Assembly: GCA_001929475.1 (NCBI GenBank)
Contig: LXFE01000400.1
Span: 1-44,868, forward strand
From: Neolecta irregularis DAH-3
Taxonomy: Eukaryota
Reading direction: 5' to 3'
DNA: 44,868 nucleotides
A model generated the notes under the pieces. It saw nothing but the letters and a program-made list of their open reading frames with translations, ran no database searches and was not told the DNA's origin. How positions within the stretch are numbered: the stretch's first letter is position 1; every line of letters starts with the position of its first letter. The position numbers and the translations under genes are program-made. This document shows positions 10,601 to 23,291 of this stretch, piece after piece.

Positions 10601-11919
10601 TACATGTGTTTCGTAGTTCACTTTCTCGATGTGGCAGACAATATCCGAGGATCTCGACTGAATTAACACCCATAGCTTCATCTTGTTCGCTTTCACGATA
10701 ATCACTCAGGTTGACCTTAGTAAATGGACCGGCTGCAAACCCGATATGTTGAGCAGAACTTGCTGAAATGAGACAATACGAGACAATCTTTTTCCGCGGA
10801 TCGGTCGGATGAGGCGACTTACTGTTAGCTAGTATTACCAGAACATATAGATACCTGATCGACCAAGTCGCCACAGCAAACAACGCTGATCTCAAGGTCG
10901 TCCTCTTCATCCCATTCTTCCATAAAGGTTTCCGTGCTATTCGGGCTAATATCCCAACGTTGTTTCCCTAATACATCCCCAAGAGTCTTGGGTACCGTAA
11001 TAGAGAATGTCCAAGTACACCGATCCCAGAGGCTATCAAGGCATGGAAAACAAAAACTTGCTGAACAGGGTGAGGTAGAATTTGTCATGAAAACATGGGC
11101 ATATCTCTAATATGAATCGTCAACTCCTGCAAGTTATTCCAGGGTTTTACCGGATCTTTTCTATCACACGCAACAAAATTTAAACCGGTGACTGAATTTT
11201 GGACTGAAAAGTCGATGCGGACTGTAACAGGCGCATACAATGTCGAGGCACTTTCGGGTTTGAACGGTGCTGGCGTGAACGGCGTGGCAGGTTCAGGAGT
11301 ACCTTCAATATAAGTTGAAATGTCATCAGCTTTTTATAACACCTTGTGCGCGTCCTGTGGGTAACAGCTGGGCAGCTGTAGCTGTCATATAATCCTGAGA
11401 AATAATTAATAAAGGTGGACTTCGCCCCACACCTGAGCCTCTATCTTAACATCTTTCGGGAAGGATATCTGTAAGCCTTGGGCAATCCCTTGATGTAACG
11501 CTCTTTCCAGCTTTTGGCGCAACAAATGATGCTGATGTACTGTCGAGCCGTTTGGGAGATGCAATTTATTAAATTCATCCGAATAATTATATTTGGAGGG
11601 AACACCGTTCACTTTAACTGCATGGATCTCTAATATAAATCAATACTTTTCCATATTGCTGAGGAACCCACTGCATTGTCGGCAATCAAGTTGAATGCTT
11701 CGGAGCAATGGATCGGTTGGAATTATCGTCAATTCTGCTGTTCCCTGCGTGTCGCTCAGCCTTGATTTCTTCCGAGTTGCTCAACACTTACATTAATCGC
11801 CTGCTCCTCGAAATTAATTTCCAGTGAGATATTCTCGTGTCCTGTACACCAGTCAGTCATTGAGCACTGCAGAAAACGTATAAATTGAAACCACGGCCAA
11901 GTACAACGGGCTCGGGCAT
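7663..11919 (-). CDS. TAF2: TFIID subunit Taf2 (inactive M1 aminopeptidase-like fold)
   Basis: Spliced exons give HENISLEINF..GTAELTIIP..LDCRQC, FCFPCLDSLWDRCTW, AQHIGFAAGPF, FGSYPF, QWVGVNIIP, GPMTIRIHEADGTPYDHVV, EWLRIDAD, QDRDVMAQYEA, YYYGIRQEAA. About 14 short introns; ATG 11919, TGA 7663. Confidence 0.95.
10135..10173 (-). other. GC-AG intron in TAF2 (39 nt)
   Basis: ...ATG AAA AAG|GCATGA...AATAG|GCT ATG GAG. Read-through hits TGA immediately; the GC donor restores YRFRMKK-AMEKI. Confidence 0.8.
11844..11881 (-). other. Probable AT-AC intron (U2-type signals) in TAF2, 38 nt
   Basis: AAT TT|ATACGTTTTC...ACTGACTGGTGTAC|A GGA CAC yields RGFNLGHENISLEINF; 38 nt matches the other introns of this window. 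Confidence 0.65.
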
Positions 11920-12166
11920 AACCTCCCGCTGCTTGTTCAGAGTTGCATTCGCCGCGTCCCGCAAGATAGTCAAGTACTGCTAAAATCCGAGATTCGGCGA
12001 CAAGAAAGGAGAAAGCAGCAGTGATACGAGCGAGTCAGATCCGCAAAAGAGGCGTGGAGTTCAGCCTCGTCTGCCCGTGATCCTGCTCCCCGACATATCC
12101 AACCCTGGAGCATTTTCGTGGAGTCACCCGCTTTTCAATTTTTATGCTCTCTTCGTGAATTTTGGG

Positions 12167-14120
12167 ATGACTCGTCTTACTCGGATTTTAGTGCCATTGG
12201 TACTGGCTACATCATTGGCGGAGGCCTCAAGCACCGATGCACAGACTCTATTCTTTGAAGATCTCGACATCACTCCTTTGACAGAATCGTTTATTCTTAC
12301 ATCTTTCAAATTTGAGACTTCAGTCAACTCGTCTCTTGGAGAGCCACATCTACCTGTTTCGCAGCACTCCGGCATTCCGCGAGCGTTGCGTCAGATATTA
12401 GAATATACAGATACTAGAGAACTGCATCTAAGATTCTTACAAGGACGGTGGGATGGACAAGAATGGGGCGATCAACCAGAAAATGGGAAATTTACTGGTG
12501 GTACAGGCGTTGAACTATGGGCCTGGATTAATGACTCAACACCCCAAGGGCAGACTGCAAAATTCATTGAAAAATGTTAACCAAAATAGCATCAATAAGC
12601 GCTGGTCAATCCTTACAAATGCCCTATCCGGCCTTTTCTGTGCTTCCCTAAACTATGTCGATTCTACAAAGACAACCATCCCCGCAATGTCATTCGTGCC
12701 TTGGGGAAATTTTACATCCTCCGAAATCGAGGATATTCATTTACGTCATGCTGCTTTACCGGGCGAACCAATCTGTACTGAAAACCTAACTCCATACCTT
12801 AAGCTTCTCCCTTGCAAAGGCAAGGCTGGAATAGCCGCATTGTTGGACGGTCATAAGCTGAGTGACGCTCAGTGGCAAAGCATGTCAGTGGATATATTCT
12901 CGTCGTGTACAAAGGATGGATGTCAGCTAAAACTACTACAGAGGATCGATGCAGTAGTTAATGTTGATCGAGCCATCCGTAGAACTGGTAAATTAGTCCT
13001 GATGATGTGATAGTTAACTAGTAAGAATCGGCGATGCCACTGCCTCCAACCCCAGACAAATTGAATTGTCATCAGTCAAAATCTGCTTCTGAAGGTTCAT
13101 GTTATCCTATCCGATATGTCGCAGGGACTGCATGGTCATTATCGAATCTATTTAACCGTGACATCCCTCGAGCATGCACAGTTGTCCAGCCTCGCCATGC
13201 ACATCTTGGCGAGGTACATATTTTTGTACCTCCGGGACGTGAGATTTTTGCTCCTTATGATGGAGTATGGACGCAGAGGACCGTGAACTTCAAATTGCTC
13301 GGTATATTACGCAAAGTTTCGAATGTTAACCATTTAGATCATCAATTCGACGTAAAAGTAGAAACACGAGAACTTCAACCTATACCAACAAATAGCCCTC
13401 CTCTAATTGAGGTCCAACGATCGATGGCCGGCTATGGTCACGAACGTGGTGGAGTATATGTGACATTTACTAACCCCTCTTTAATATCATCGGTTCATCT
13501 CGTGTATCTCGAAAGTCTGCCGTGGTTTCTCAAAACATTCCTTCATACATTGAAGGTAACTGTTGTTTCATCAAACGGACCTGTTGATGAGTCTTCGATT
13601 CTTCAAGACCTCAAATACCGACCGGCAATAGACAGGAAACGAGGTACACATCTTGAAGCTCGTTTATGGATTCCACCATCGGGCACAGTGAAGCTATCAT
13701 GGGAATTTGACAAAGCTATTCTGCGCTATACCGAATATCCTCCAGACGCAAATCGAGGCTTTGATATTGCGTATGGAATCTCACAATCTTCACTAAGTGA
13801 GTAGTCCGGCAATTATCACTGTTCTTCAAAACAACGAAACTGGGCTTCGATCCGAGCCTTTAGCTACAGTTCGGACAACATCACTTCTTCTAGCACTACC
13901 AACTCCAGACTTCAGTATGCCGTACAATGTTATCATCCTTACGAGCACTGTCATTGCATTAGCCTTCGGTTCAATATTTAATCTTCTCGTAAGGAGATTT
14001 GTTCCTTTGAATGAAGCAAAGCCAACAGGTTTACTGGAACGGCTGATATACATGATTTCATCAGCATCTTCGCGATTGCGGGAGCGGGTTAGAACGAGAA
14101 AAATGGAAAAAGTAGATTGA
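12167..14120 (+). CDS. GPI16: GPI transamidase subunit Gpi16/PIG-T
   Basis: Signal peptide; RELHLRFLQGRW, GGTGVELWAW, LTNALSGLFCASLNY, LPGEPICTENLTPYLKLLPCKGKAGI, LRYTEYPPDANRGFD, LPTPDFSMPYNVII plus C-terminal TM. Four introns, the first GC-AG (12550-12589). Confidence 0.96.
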
Positions 14121-14203
14121 ATCTCACTTAAACTACAGAACTATCTGGGAGATTTCTTTTCGAAACAAAGAAAACTAAAATTACATATTACAGGTCCTAT
14201 TTC

Positions 14204-15601
14204 CTAAATCCAGCCAGGGATTTCGAATTCTTTTTCCTTGTGAATCATTTGAGGCAGTGGTAGGCCAAACACCCATTCTTCGGTTAATCTACCGCTTCTC
14301 CTACCACCGATCATGCCGATACCCCGTCGATGCTCAGGTGTGACAAAACGTCGAGAGATTGAGGTCATATTCAAGGGAACTGGGTCCTTTTCAATGCTAT
14401 CCGGCTCTGAAGTCGAATCACGTGAATCCTGCATCGACCGGGGAATTTTAATGCGAATCTTGATACCACTAGGTCGTACTTCCGAATCTTCCAGGGGTTC
14501 TGGTGTCGATTGGGATTTTTCTGCAATTTCATTTGTACGCTTTCGTTTTGAATCATCTTTCCACTTCTTAAATTTTTCCAATACCTGCTCAATCTCTGTG
14601 ATCATATTGTTCCTGCGTTTAGCCATATCGCCATCGTCTCCCCGACCACCGATTTCTCTTTTCCAATCTGGGCTTTCGAGAATTTCCAACTGACGTTCTA
14701 GGCGTAGTCGTTCATGCTGTAAACGTTCCTTCTCAATATTTTTGAGTCTTTTTTCCAATATCTCATTTCGACGATGGGCCTTCAAATAGATTTCATCTTC
14801 CAATGGATCGACAGCGATCAGCTCTTGTGGAACTCCTCTGATTTGGTGTTGCTTGTTCGGTTTATTGTAGTCTTCCTCGATAATTGTAAATTCAGGTAAG
14901 AGCCGTGGATTGGATTTAGTCTTCTTCAATACTTGGGGTGAATGCCAGGGCGCATCTGAGTCGAATATAATTTCAGAGTCCCAATTTAGGCTTGGTGGGC
15001 CTGCAGAATCAGATCTGGAGCTGAAAAAGATACCATCGGCGGACTCGGTAGCTTCAATACTCCCATCCCTTCCAAAAATTGATGTGCGATGTCTACTACG
15101 CAGCTTCCTCTTCTCTTCGATGTCATGGGCTATCAATCCCGATGAGTTGTTTGTCATTGTTGTGCCAGGTCGAGAACTCTCTTCTGAGGGATATTCCAAT
15201 TGACTGATCGCACCAGGTATCGAAACTATCCTGGCATGCATAGTGCGAGTTTGTTCGGAAAGGCCATGGAGTATATCTGCTAGATAGGATGATTCTTTGT
15301 GGCGGGCTACTTTAACGATAGGCGAGGAAGGTGTCAATGAAGTCGTGGATTTGTGTTTCTTCATTGCGGCTGTAGCTGCTGCCGATACAGCTGCCTGCCT
15401 TTTCCTTTTCCAATAAGGATATTGAGGCGTAGACATGGCCTTCTGCGACCGTTGGTAGGGCGAAGGGGGTATTATGCGGGAAGTGGGAGGAGTGCTCTCC
15501 CTGCATAAATCGACATTACGCGGAACAACCGACGGCAGGAGAACGGGGTGCAGCGGGAGACATGGACGGAACATTTGGGGATGACTGCGGGCAGACGGCA
15601 T
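14204..15601 (-). CDS. SAS4: SAS histone acetyltransferase complex subunit Sas4-like
   Basis: 465-aa single-exon ORF; DPLEDEIYLKAHRRNEILEKRLKNIEKERLQHER...LE...DW matches the Sas4 domain as recalled; remainder is low-complexity/disordered. Start codon uncertain. Confidence 0.75.
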   Translation of the reverse strand: MPSARSHPQMFRPCLPLHPVLLPSVVPRNVDLCRESTPPTSRIIPPSPYQRSQKAMSTPQYPYWKRKRQAAVSAAATAAMKKHKSTTSLTPSSPIVKVARHKESSYLADILHGLSEQTRTMHARIVSIPGAISQLEYPSEESSRPGTTMTNNSSGLIAHDIEEKRKLRSRHRTSIFGRDGSIEATESADGIFFSSRSDSAGPPSLNWDSEIIFDSDAPWHSPQVLKKTKSNPRLLPEFTIIEEDYNKPNKQHQIRGVPQELIAVDPLEDEIYLKAHRRNEILEKRLKNIEKERLQHERLRLERQLEILESPDWKREIGGRGDDGDMAKRRNNMITEIEQVLEKFKKWKDDSKRKRTNEIAEKSQSTPEPLEDSEVRPSGIKIRIKIPRSMQDSRDSTSEPDSIEKDPVPLNMTSISRRFVTPEHRRGIGMIGGRRSGRLTEEWVFGLPLPQMIHKEKEFEIPGWI

Positions 15602-16311
15602 TCCGGATATCGTTTTTCAGGAGTTAGAAAGGCGATATAACCACATGGATTCAAAATAAGATGATTGCGCAGATAGCAGGATACGATCAATCATGGCAAA
15701 AATGGCATCACTTCCTACTGTTAGCACTACCTAATTTCACCCTGAACAAGTATTAATGCCCTACTACGGGGTGAGTCAATGCAATGTACCATGTAGTCGT
15801 AAAAGTAAATATGCTCATATCCAATGCCTCTGATGGTTCAAATTCTATAGTTTCCAGTTTCGAAAACCCAGATACGAGCGCTGATGAAGACGACAAAGAT
15901 ATTCAAATATCGGAAGGAGGAAGAGATACGGTAAGGTCTGGCCGGTAATGGCATCACTTATTGCATCATAGAGTGCCATGGACCGCTTGACATCAACGCG
16001 CCAAAAGTAGAACAAGAAACTTTTGAGCTACGAGCTTAGTTATGTGTCAGCTGGATGCTCTGGGTTATTTCATTGCTTTGCGATCTGAAGTCACAAGGAC
16101 AACAAACCCCTAAGCAACCACCAATCATCCATTATAGCACCAACTATGAAATAGTTCGTAGCCCCGTGATTTCAAGGAAAAAGTGGGGGGGAGCCAATGG
16201 CTTTATCGGGTGGGGTGGTCCCGAGTCTTATTGCACCCAGTCCGATTCTATATTATTTCAAAGCAATTAAATATAAATAGGACGGTACTGCTCTGGAAGA
16301 TCGCTCCCATT

Positions 16312-18188
16312 ATGGCTAATTGCAAAGCAGCTGCCCTCGAGAAGGCAGATATCGAACAAATTGCGCCAGAAGACAGCCATATTCACGACTCATCACCTAC
16401 AAAGCTGAAAGCACATTCTACCCCAACACTATGGGAGCTCCTAACAATGCTGAACCGCCGACAATTCCTTGTCTTCCTTGCGTCCTGGTTGGCGTGGATA
16501 TGTGACGCCTTTGATTTTCATTCGTATGGTTGGCTTTCTGCAAAGTTGTTCTTATTCTCTTAGCGTCTCTGTTACAATTCCAGAAATTGCCCATACTTTC
16601 CATAAAAGTCCATCTCAAATAACTTGGGCAATTACTCTAGCTTTACTATTCCGAGCAGTCGGCGCGGTCATTTTCGGCTTGGCTGGAGACCGATATGGGC
16701 GCAAATGGCCTATGGTCGTTTGCTGGTAAAATCTCCTCTTACTGCCATGTCATATGCTGATATTGTAGTCTTTTCTTCGGCGTCCTTGACGCCGCAACTG
16801 GCTTTACTCATACCTATTCTCAGTTCCTCGCGGTTCGTGCGCTTTACGGAATTGCATTGGGAGGCATCTGGGGTTGTGCAATGGGCGTAGCACTTGAAAA
16901 TATGCCACATGGTGAGACTTTTCACTATATTACTGATTCGTGTAACAGAATGTCGCGGTATTTATAGTGGGATTCTGCAGCAAGGATACGCTTTTGGCTA
17001 CCTATTTGCAGCTGTGATGAATTATGCCTTAACCGACGCAACTTCGCATGGATGGCGACTTTTGTTCTGGTTTGGGATCGGGCCAGGTACTAAATATGAC
17101 TTGCACTCTAATGTGCTTCAAGCTCTCCTTATTGCCATATTTCGTGCCTGTCTTCCAGACGATGATGCAGTCCACCGTAATTCCGCTGATCGACTGCCTA
17201 CTAAAGAGAAATCTCGATTGTTTGTTTTAGAACTGAAGAATGTTCTTAGGCGCTACCCTTGGCAAATTGTCCATGGTGTTTTGATGATGGCAGCTTTTAA
17301 CTTTATGGCACGTACTTGGATCTATTTCAATTAACCTATCTAAGAGTCACGGTTCCCAGGACCTATATCCGACGGTACTGATGGGCGATTGTCTTTTGCT
17401 GAAATACTAGTTTCTTGAGGTTCAACGCAATCTTCATCGAGGTAGACGTACGTTAGTCACAGGCATGTATTTATTTTCGGTCATACTATGCTGACAAAAC
17501 AGTCATCTTCAACTGTGGTGCCATACTTGGAGGTTTTCTGTGTGGGCATTGTACAAGTGTCCAAAATCTAGGCTAACATGCAAGTGTCGCAAAAGTTTGG
17601 TCGCCGTATCGTGATGATTTTAGCATGTGTAGGTGCAGGGGCTTGTATTCCTCTATGGTACGCCGGTTTTACGACTTGATGATGATACTGACTACGATGA
17701 AGGGCCTTGCCTCAAGATTGGCGAATTTTAGCACTTGGAGCGTATGTAGTCTTATATGATATAGATCAAACTTATTGTCAGGTTTCTCCTTCAATTTTGT
17801 GTCCAAGGCGCGTGGGGTGTTGTGCCAATTCATCTAAACGAGGTCGCTTCCCACATGAATTATTCTTAAACGACAGATTTCGCCTTCACCTACTCTTCGG
17901 GCTGCTTTCTCAGGTATTGCGTACCAATTTGGAAACGCAATTTCATCGCCTTCTTCCCAGATCATCTCCAAACTTGCAGAATCTCACAGAATTGATAAAA
18001 TTATCGACGGGGAAGGAGTTCCCGATTATTCCAAAGTTCAAGCCATCTTTCTCGGAATTACTCTTGTAAATCTGATTTTCTTGATTGCGGTTAGCCCTGA
18101 AATGAAAGGTCGAAGGTTTGAAGAAGAAATTGCAGAATCTTCTCAAAAAGAAATTGTACAAGTTTCTCATAAAGATGAGTCAGTTTAA
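16312..18188 (+). CDS. JEN1: MFS carboxylate:H+ symporter, Jen1/SHS family
   Basis: WICDAFDFH, ITWAITLALLFRAVGAVIFGLAGDRYGRKWP, RGIYSGILQQGYAFGY, family signature FNFMSHGSQDLYPT, QGAWGVVPIHLNE, YQFGNAISS. Eleven introns including two GC-AG (17308-17344, 17463-17502); TAA at 18186-18188. Confidence 0.9.
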
Positions 18189-18625
18189 GCTCCCAACCCC
18201 CCAGCAAGTTACAAAGGATCGGAAGATAACAGCCACTAAGAACAATATTATAGCCTCGTAGACTTGACATTAGGCTTCTGCAATTAACTGTGTGTATTAT
18301 GTGAATAAATGCTGGCATTTGGACAGGAGAAAATATTCAAATGATTATCCCCGAGTGATATGAATGGTCCAGGAAAATCCGACAACTTCACTCTAGAGAG
18401 GATAACCGAAAGCCACTGTCAGACTCAGAAAATTATCTCTAATCATTGCCAGGGTGATACGACAAAGGGTACTCCAGGTGTTAGACCCATATTCCATAAA
18501 TCACAACTGCAAGGCTCAAAACTTGTATGAAATTTAGGGAAACTCCTACATAAGACTTTGCATAATCCAGAGAAACTTTAACGTAGACAAAATGAAAGGA
18601 CTATTCACAACTACAAGCCTACTCT

Positions 18626-20748
18626 TTAGGTGGCTAGTTTCCCAACTGGTGTGTCTTGAGCGTACTTGGGAATGACATTCCTTTCGTGGAGCATTAGGAA
18701 CTCCTCTGTCGCATCTTTGCCGGCATAAAGAAGGATGGCTTTAGCGCCTAGAACATGAGCGTCGGAAATGGATAATGCCCTTACCCCCAGGATGATCTTC
18801 AAGGAAACTAGTTACGTCGAGAACTACACCCTCAACAACCACCCAACAATCGTCTTTTTTATTGTGTTTGGCAACTTCATCCATTGTGAAAGTCTTATTA
18901 GGTACAACCAGTTCTTTCTTATTTGTATTTTTTACCTTTGCTGGGTCTTGCCCCTTTGAATTGTTGTGAACAGGGGTGGACAATGCTTGCCCGCTAGGCT
19001 GACTGCTAAATGAAGCAGAACCGTTCGTTGCAACCGATGACGAAGAGCCCTGTTCTCCCCACAAGTATTCGATTGTAACTTTCTTGTTCTGAGGATCGAT
19101 AAATACGCGGGAATTGATGTGATCGCTAATCTGGCCCAGGCGTTCAACGGCTTGGCCTAAAAGCACTTCTTTAAATAGATAATGGCAAGCCGAATCTCCA
19201 GCAACACGCCCGTACACAACACAACCCAGTAGCGAAGATCCTCCGAGACGATTGGCGCCATGAACACCGCCGGCCAGTTCACCACAAGCGTAAAGACCCT
19301 CGATTGGTGCTTTGTCCTCTCTACAAACACGAGATGCATCGTCGATATAGACACCGCCCATAGTGTAATGAAGCACAGGCTGCATCAAAGCAACATGGAA
19401 GGTATCATTTATCTTCCATGGCAGGTTGGGGAAGAATATTTTGCCCCATGGGTCTTTGCTCTTTCCCTCTGCAATCGCATTATATTGTCGGAAAGTCTCT
19501 TCGAGGTCTTTTGGGGAACATCCAAACTCCTTAGCAAGAGATTCTCCGCCTTCAATCTTCTTCATTAAACCTCGACCAACATAATGTTTACAGTGCCATT
19601 CAATTTCACTGGTACCCTTTCCATTGAGTACGAGACGAATTGGAAACTTATTCTTCCACATCATGCCGGAGACATAATCACGATGGCCAAGCTCATCGCA
19701 GAAACGCTTGCCATTGGCGTCGAGCAAGAGGCCACCAACACCACGCAAAGCCTCAGCAGCCAAAAACTTAACCTTTGAGTCTACATCCTTTGGATCAATA
19801 AGACCTGTAGGATGAACTTGAACTTTGTCAAGATCAACTCCTTTACCGCCAATTTCGAAGACCATCTTGTGACCGTCACCAGTACAGTGATCTCCATTTG
19901 TTGTAGCAAGGTTCATGACATCCGGTCGATACTTCTTAAGAAGACCATCGTTGCTGAAATCAGCCGCATAGCCACCAGTAGCCAAAATGACTGGGCCCTT
20001 TTCGGTATATTTTTTTCCATTGTATTCGTATTCAACACCAACGACCTTGTCATCCTCTTTCAGCAGACGAGTGACGCGTGCTTTCTTAAGAAATCTAACT
20101 CGATCCGGGATTTCCTCCGCAAGATTTTCAAGTTTTTCCATTAGAGCGTAGGTGATTACCATACCAGGAAACTGGGCTAGATCTTGAGTAACCTCATTCC
20201 GATAATTGCTTCACCTGCGCCTCGGTGCGTACGAGGGAAAGAGTGGCCCCCCAGGCGCGAGACTTTAGACAAATCAAGGGCGAAAACATCTTGAAGCCAT
20301 TCAATTGCAGAAGAGGACTTATGAGTCAAGACTTTGATTAAGTCTGCAAGTCAGACACAATTTAATGGAGTGGTCTACCAGGGCGGGCAAGGTCTCTCGC
20401 AGAGTTCATTGTATCTTCATAGAAAACCTTGACAGAGTCCTTTATATCAAGATCTGGGAAAGTAAACGAAATGTATGGGCATTTGCAATCTTATACCAAT
20501 CTGGGCACGAGTCAAAGCACCGTTTATCCCAGACGTAGCTTTGGTCGAATTGCCACCAAAAAATCCATTTTTGTCAAGAAGCAAAACGCTTTAAGGGATC
20601 AGCTGGGTGCCCAAACGGAGCAACTACCTTCCGCCTCGCTCAATGATAGTATGAGCTGCAGAGAGACCAGAGAGACCACCACCAACAACGATGACCTTGT
20701 CCTTGGTTAAATCCGCAAATGAAATGAAATAGGTACGTGCGAAACCAT
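18626..20748 (-). CDS. OSM1: Soluble FAD-dependent fumarate reductase (Osm1/Frd1 family) with C-terminal cytochrome b5 domain
   Basis: KVIVVGGGLSGLSAAH, GGNSTKATSGING, LGGHSFPRTHRG, VQVHPTG, AAEALRG, HYTMGG, GVHGANRLGGSSL; b5 motifs VAKHNKKDDCWVV and HPGG..AGKDAT. Six introns. Confidence 0.92.
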
Positions 20749-21056
20749 TATGGAGGACTGTAGATGTAGATGTAGGGTGGGGAGATTGAGGTTGAGATCA
20801 CGGTCCAGCTGCTCGCTCTTTAAATTCTGGCGGTAGTCAGGTGCTGAGGCGATGGTTGCACCTCGGCATGTGAAAATTTCCTTCCCGGAACGTAAAAAGA
20901 AAAGTAGCCCAGAGCACTTTAAAGAAAGAATGGAAACCGGGATTTTATTCTATATCGGAAGACAATATAGGGAACTTTTAAAATATTGCTCAATTTTACT
21001 CCAATAATCTCGTCATCGTCCATAGTATCAGGCGTGAAGATTCTTTATCTCATCGC

Positions 21057-23291
21057 CTATCGAAGAGAGGCAAAGGCCTTGGTGACAACTCGCTGCAGAT
21101 AGAATTAGCAGCAGGTAGAAGGAATAGATGGATGGCATACCTTCAGCTTCAATTCAGCACTCTTGATGCTATCAATAGAAGGATCTTCGATTTCAAGGGC
21201 CGACATAGCATCAGCCAAAGCAGTTTCAATCTTTTCCTTGTCCCCTCTTCTGAGCTTCATGCCAAGCGTGGGTTCGCTAAGATTTGACTCGATGTTGGCC
21301 ACATAGCTTTCTAAGTTTTGTTTGACTTCGAGTTTTGCAGAGAAATCTTTATCAGCCTAGCATATAAGTATCTATGTAATTGATTTCAGAAACATACTTG
21401 TTTAAACTTCTCAGCGTTAGCAATCATGTCATCGATTTCCTGCGATGAGAGACGCCCAACACAATTTGAGATTTCAATATTAGCAGATCGACCAGTCGTT
21501 CTTTCCTTAGCAGTGACTCTGAGGATGCCGTTGGCATCAAGTTCGAAAGTAGCTTCGAGCTCCATTTGTCCCTTGGGCATTGGTGGAAGACCCTTTAGGT
21601 CAAACTCGCCAAGCAAATTATTTTCTGAGCAATTTACTCGCTCTCCTTGATACAGAGGGAAAGTAACAACAGTTTGGTTGTCTTCGACAGTAGTGAAAGT
21701 CCGTTTTTTGACAGTTGGGACGGGTGTATTTCTTGGAACAACCTTAACATCAATTTTAATCAAAGGTAGCAACTGACTGGAGCAAAGATATTGCCTTCCA
21801 TGGCAACGCCCAAAGAAAGAGGTACAACATCTAGAAGCAAAAGATCTTGAGTCTTTTCTGAATTCGCGTGGTTGGTCAAAACAGCTGCTTGTACAGCGGC
21901 CCCATAAGCAACAGCTTCGTCAGGGTTAATGTTCTTGTACAAGGTTCTTCCATCTATATGTTAGAATGGTGTCGCGAAATTAGGTAAGAAAGTACCGAAA
22001 AAGTCCATGACAAGTTTCTGGATTTTGGGGATACGGGTGGACCCACCAACTAGAACGATATCATCGACCTTGGATTTTTCAATTTTCGAGTCTTTGAGCA
22101 CTTGCTCTACTGGGTCGAGAGTGCTCTTGAAAGTGGCAGCGTTTATATCTTCAAATCGGGCACGAGTTATGTTGGTGGAAAAGTCTTGGCCTTGAAACAA
22201 ACTGTCGACTTCAATAGTGGTCTGTGTTACACTGGAAAGAGTTCGTTTCGCACGTTCACAAGCGGTCCTTAGCCGCCTGCTGGCTCGAGGATCATCAGAG
22301 ATATCTAATTCAGTCTTCCGTTTGAATTCAGCCTTGCAGTGCTCCAAAAGCGTGTTATCGAAATCTTCTCCTCCCAGATGGGTATCTCCAGCCGTGGCCT
22401 TGACGGCGAAAACACCTCCAGTAATGTTCAAGAGAGATACATCGAAAGTACCACCACCAAGGTCGAAAATGAGAACGTGCTTCTCTTTGTCAGATTTTGA
22501 GTCAAGACCATATGCAATTGCAGCAGCGGTTGGTTCATTGATGATTCTGAGGACGTTGAGTCCGGCAATTGCCCCGGCATCCTATAAAATATTTGAGAGG
22601 CAATTTGATAGGTGAGAAATACCTTGGTAGCTTGTCGTTGCGAGTCGCTAAAATAAGCAGGGACAGTCACAACAGCTTTCTCAACTCTCTTGTTAAGTTT
22701 GGCTTCTGCAACTTCTTTCATCTTGAAATATCAGAGAATGAATTGAGATAAATGACTACCTTGGTCAAAACCATAGAACTGATTTCTTGAGGCGAAAATT
22801 GCTTCTTCTCACCAAGATAGTCAACCTACGGATAAGTGAGACATGCATTGGTCTAAACCTTGTTTTATACCTCGATTAAAGGGGATCCGTTCCTGGAAAC
22901 AACAGTGAAAGGCCAGACTTTCATATCCTTTTGGACAGATGGGTCATCAAAACGCCGACCAATTAGACGTCTAACCGAAAATTAGTAAAAGATATTTCCA
23001 GTGCATGTGAAAAATACTTCGCGTCGAAGACGGTGTTTCGTGCGTTCATAGCGGCCTAATGAGGTTGAATATGCATTTTTATTGAGATTTCCATACCTGA
23101 TTCTTCGCAGCATCACCAATTAGTCTTTCAGATTCTGTGAAAGCGACATATGAGGGAGTAGTCCGATTCCCCTGGTCGTTCGCAACAATCTCAACATTCG
23201 GACTGTCATCTGGCCAAACGGCGCAGCACGAATAGGTTGTTCCTAAATCGATGCCAATAGCGCCGTTGTATAGCTCTCTAATATCACTCAT
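21057..23291 (-). CDS. SSB1: Ribosome-associated Hsp70 Ssb
   Basis: [66 protein letters not shown]-terminus [13 protein letters not shown] without EEVD is SSB-type. About nine introns. Confidence 0.95.

Noticed and set aside
11844-11881. U12-type minor intron
   Set aside because: Lacks the ATATCC donor and TCCTTAAC branch; it has a U2-like CTGAC branch.
12077-12166. GTG-initiated N-terminal extension of GPI16
   Set aside because: The ATG at 12167 begins a clear signal peptide; the ORF track allows alternative start codons.
22007-22615. Antisense ORFs over Hsp70
   Set aside because: Well-known shadow frames of conserved Hsp70 sequence; no independent support.
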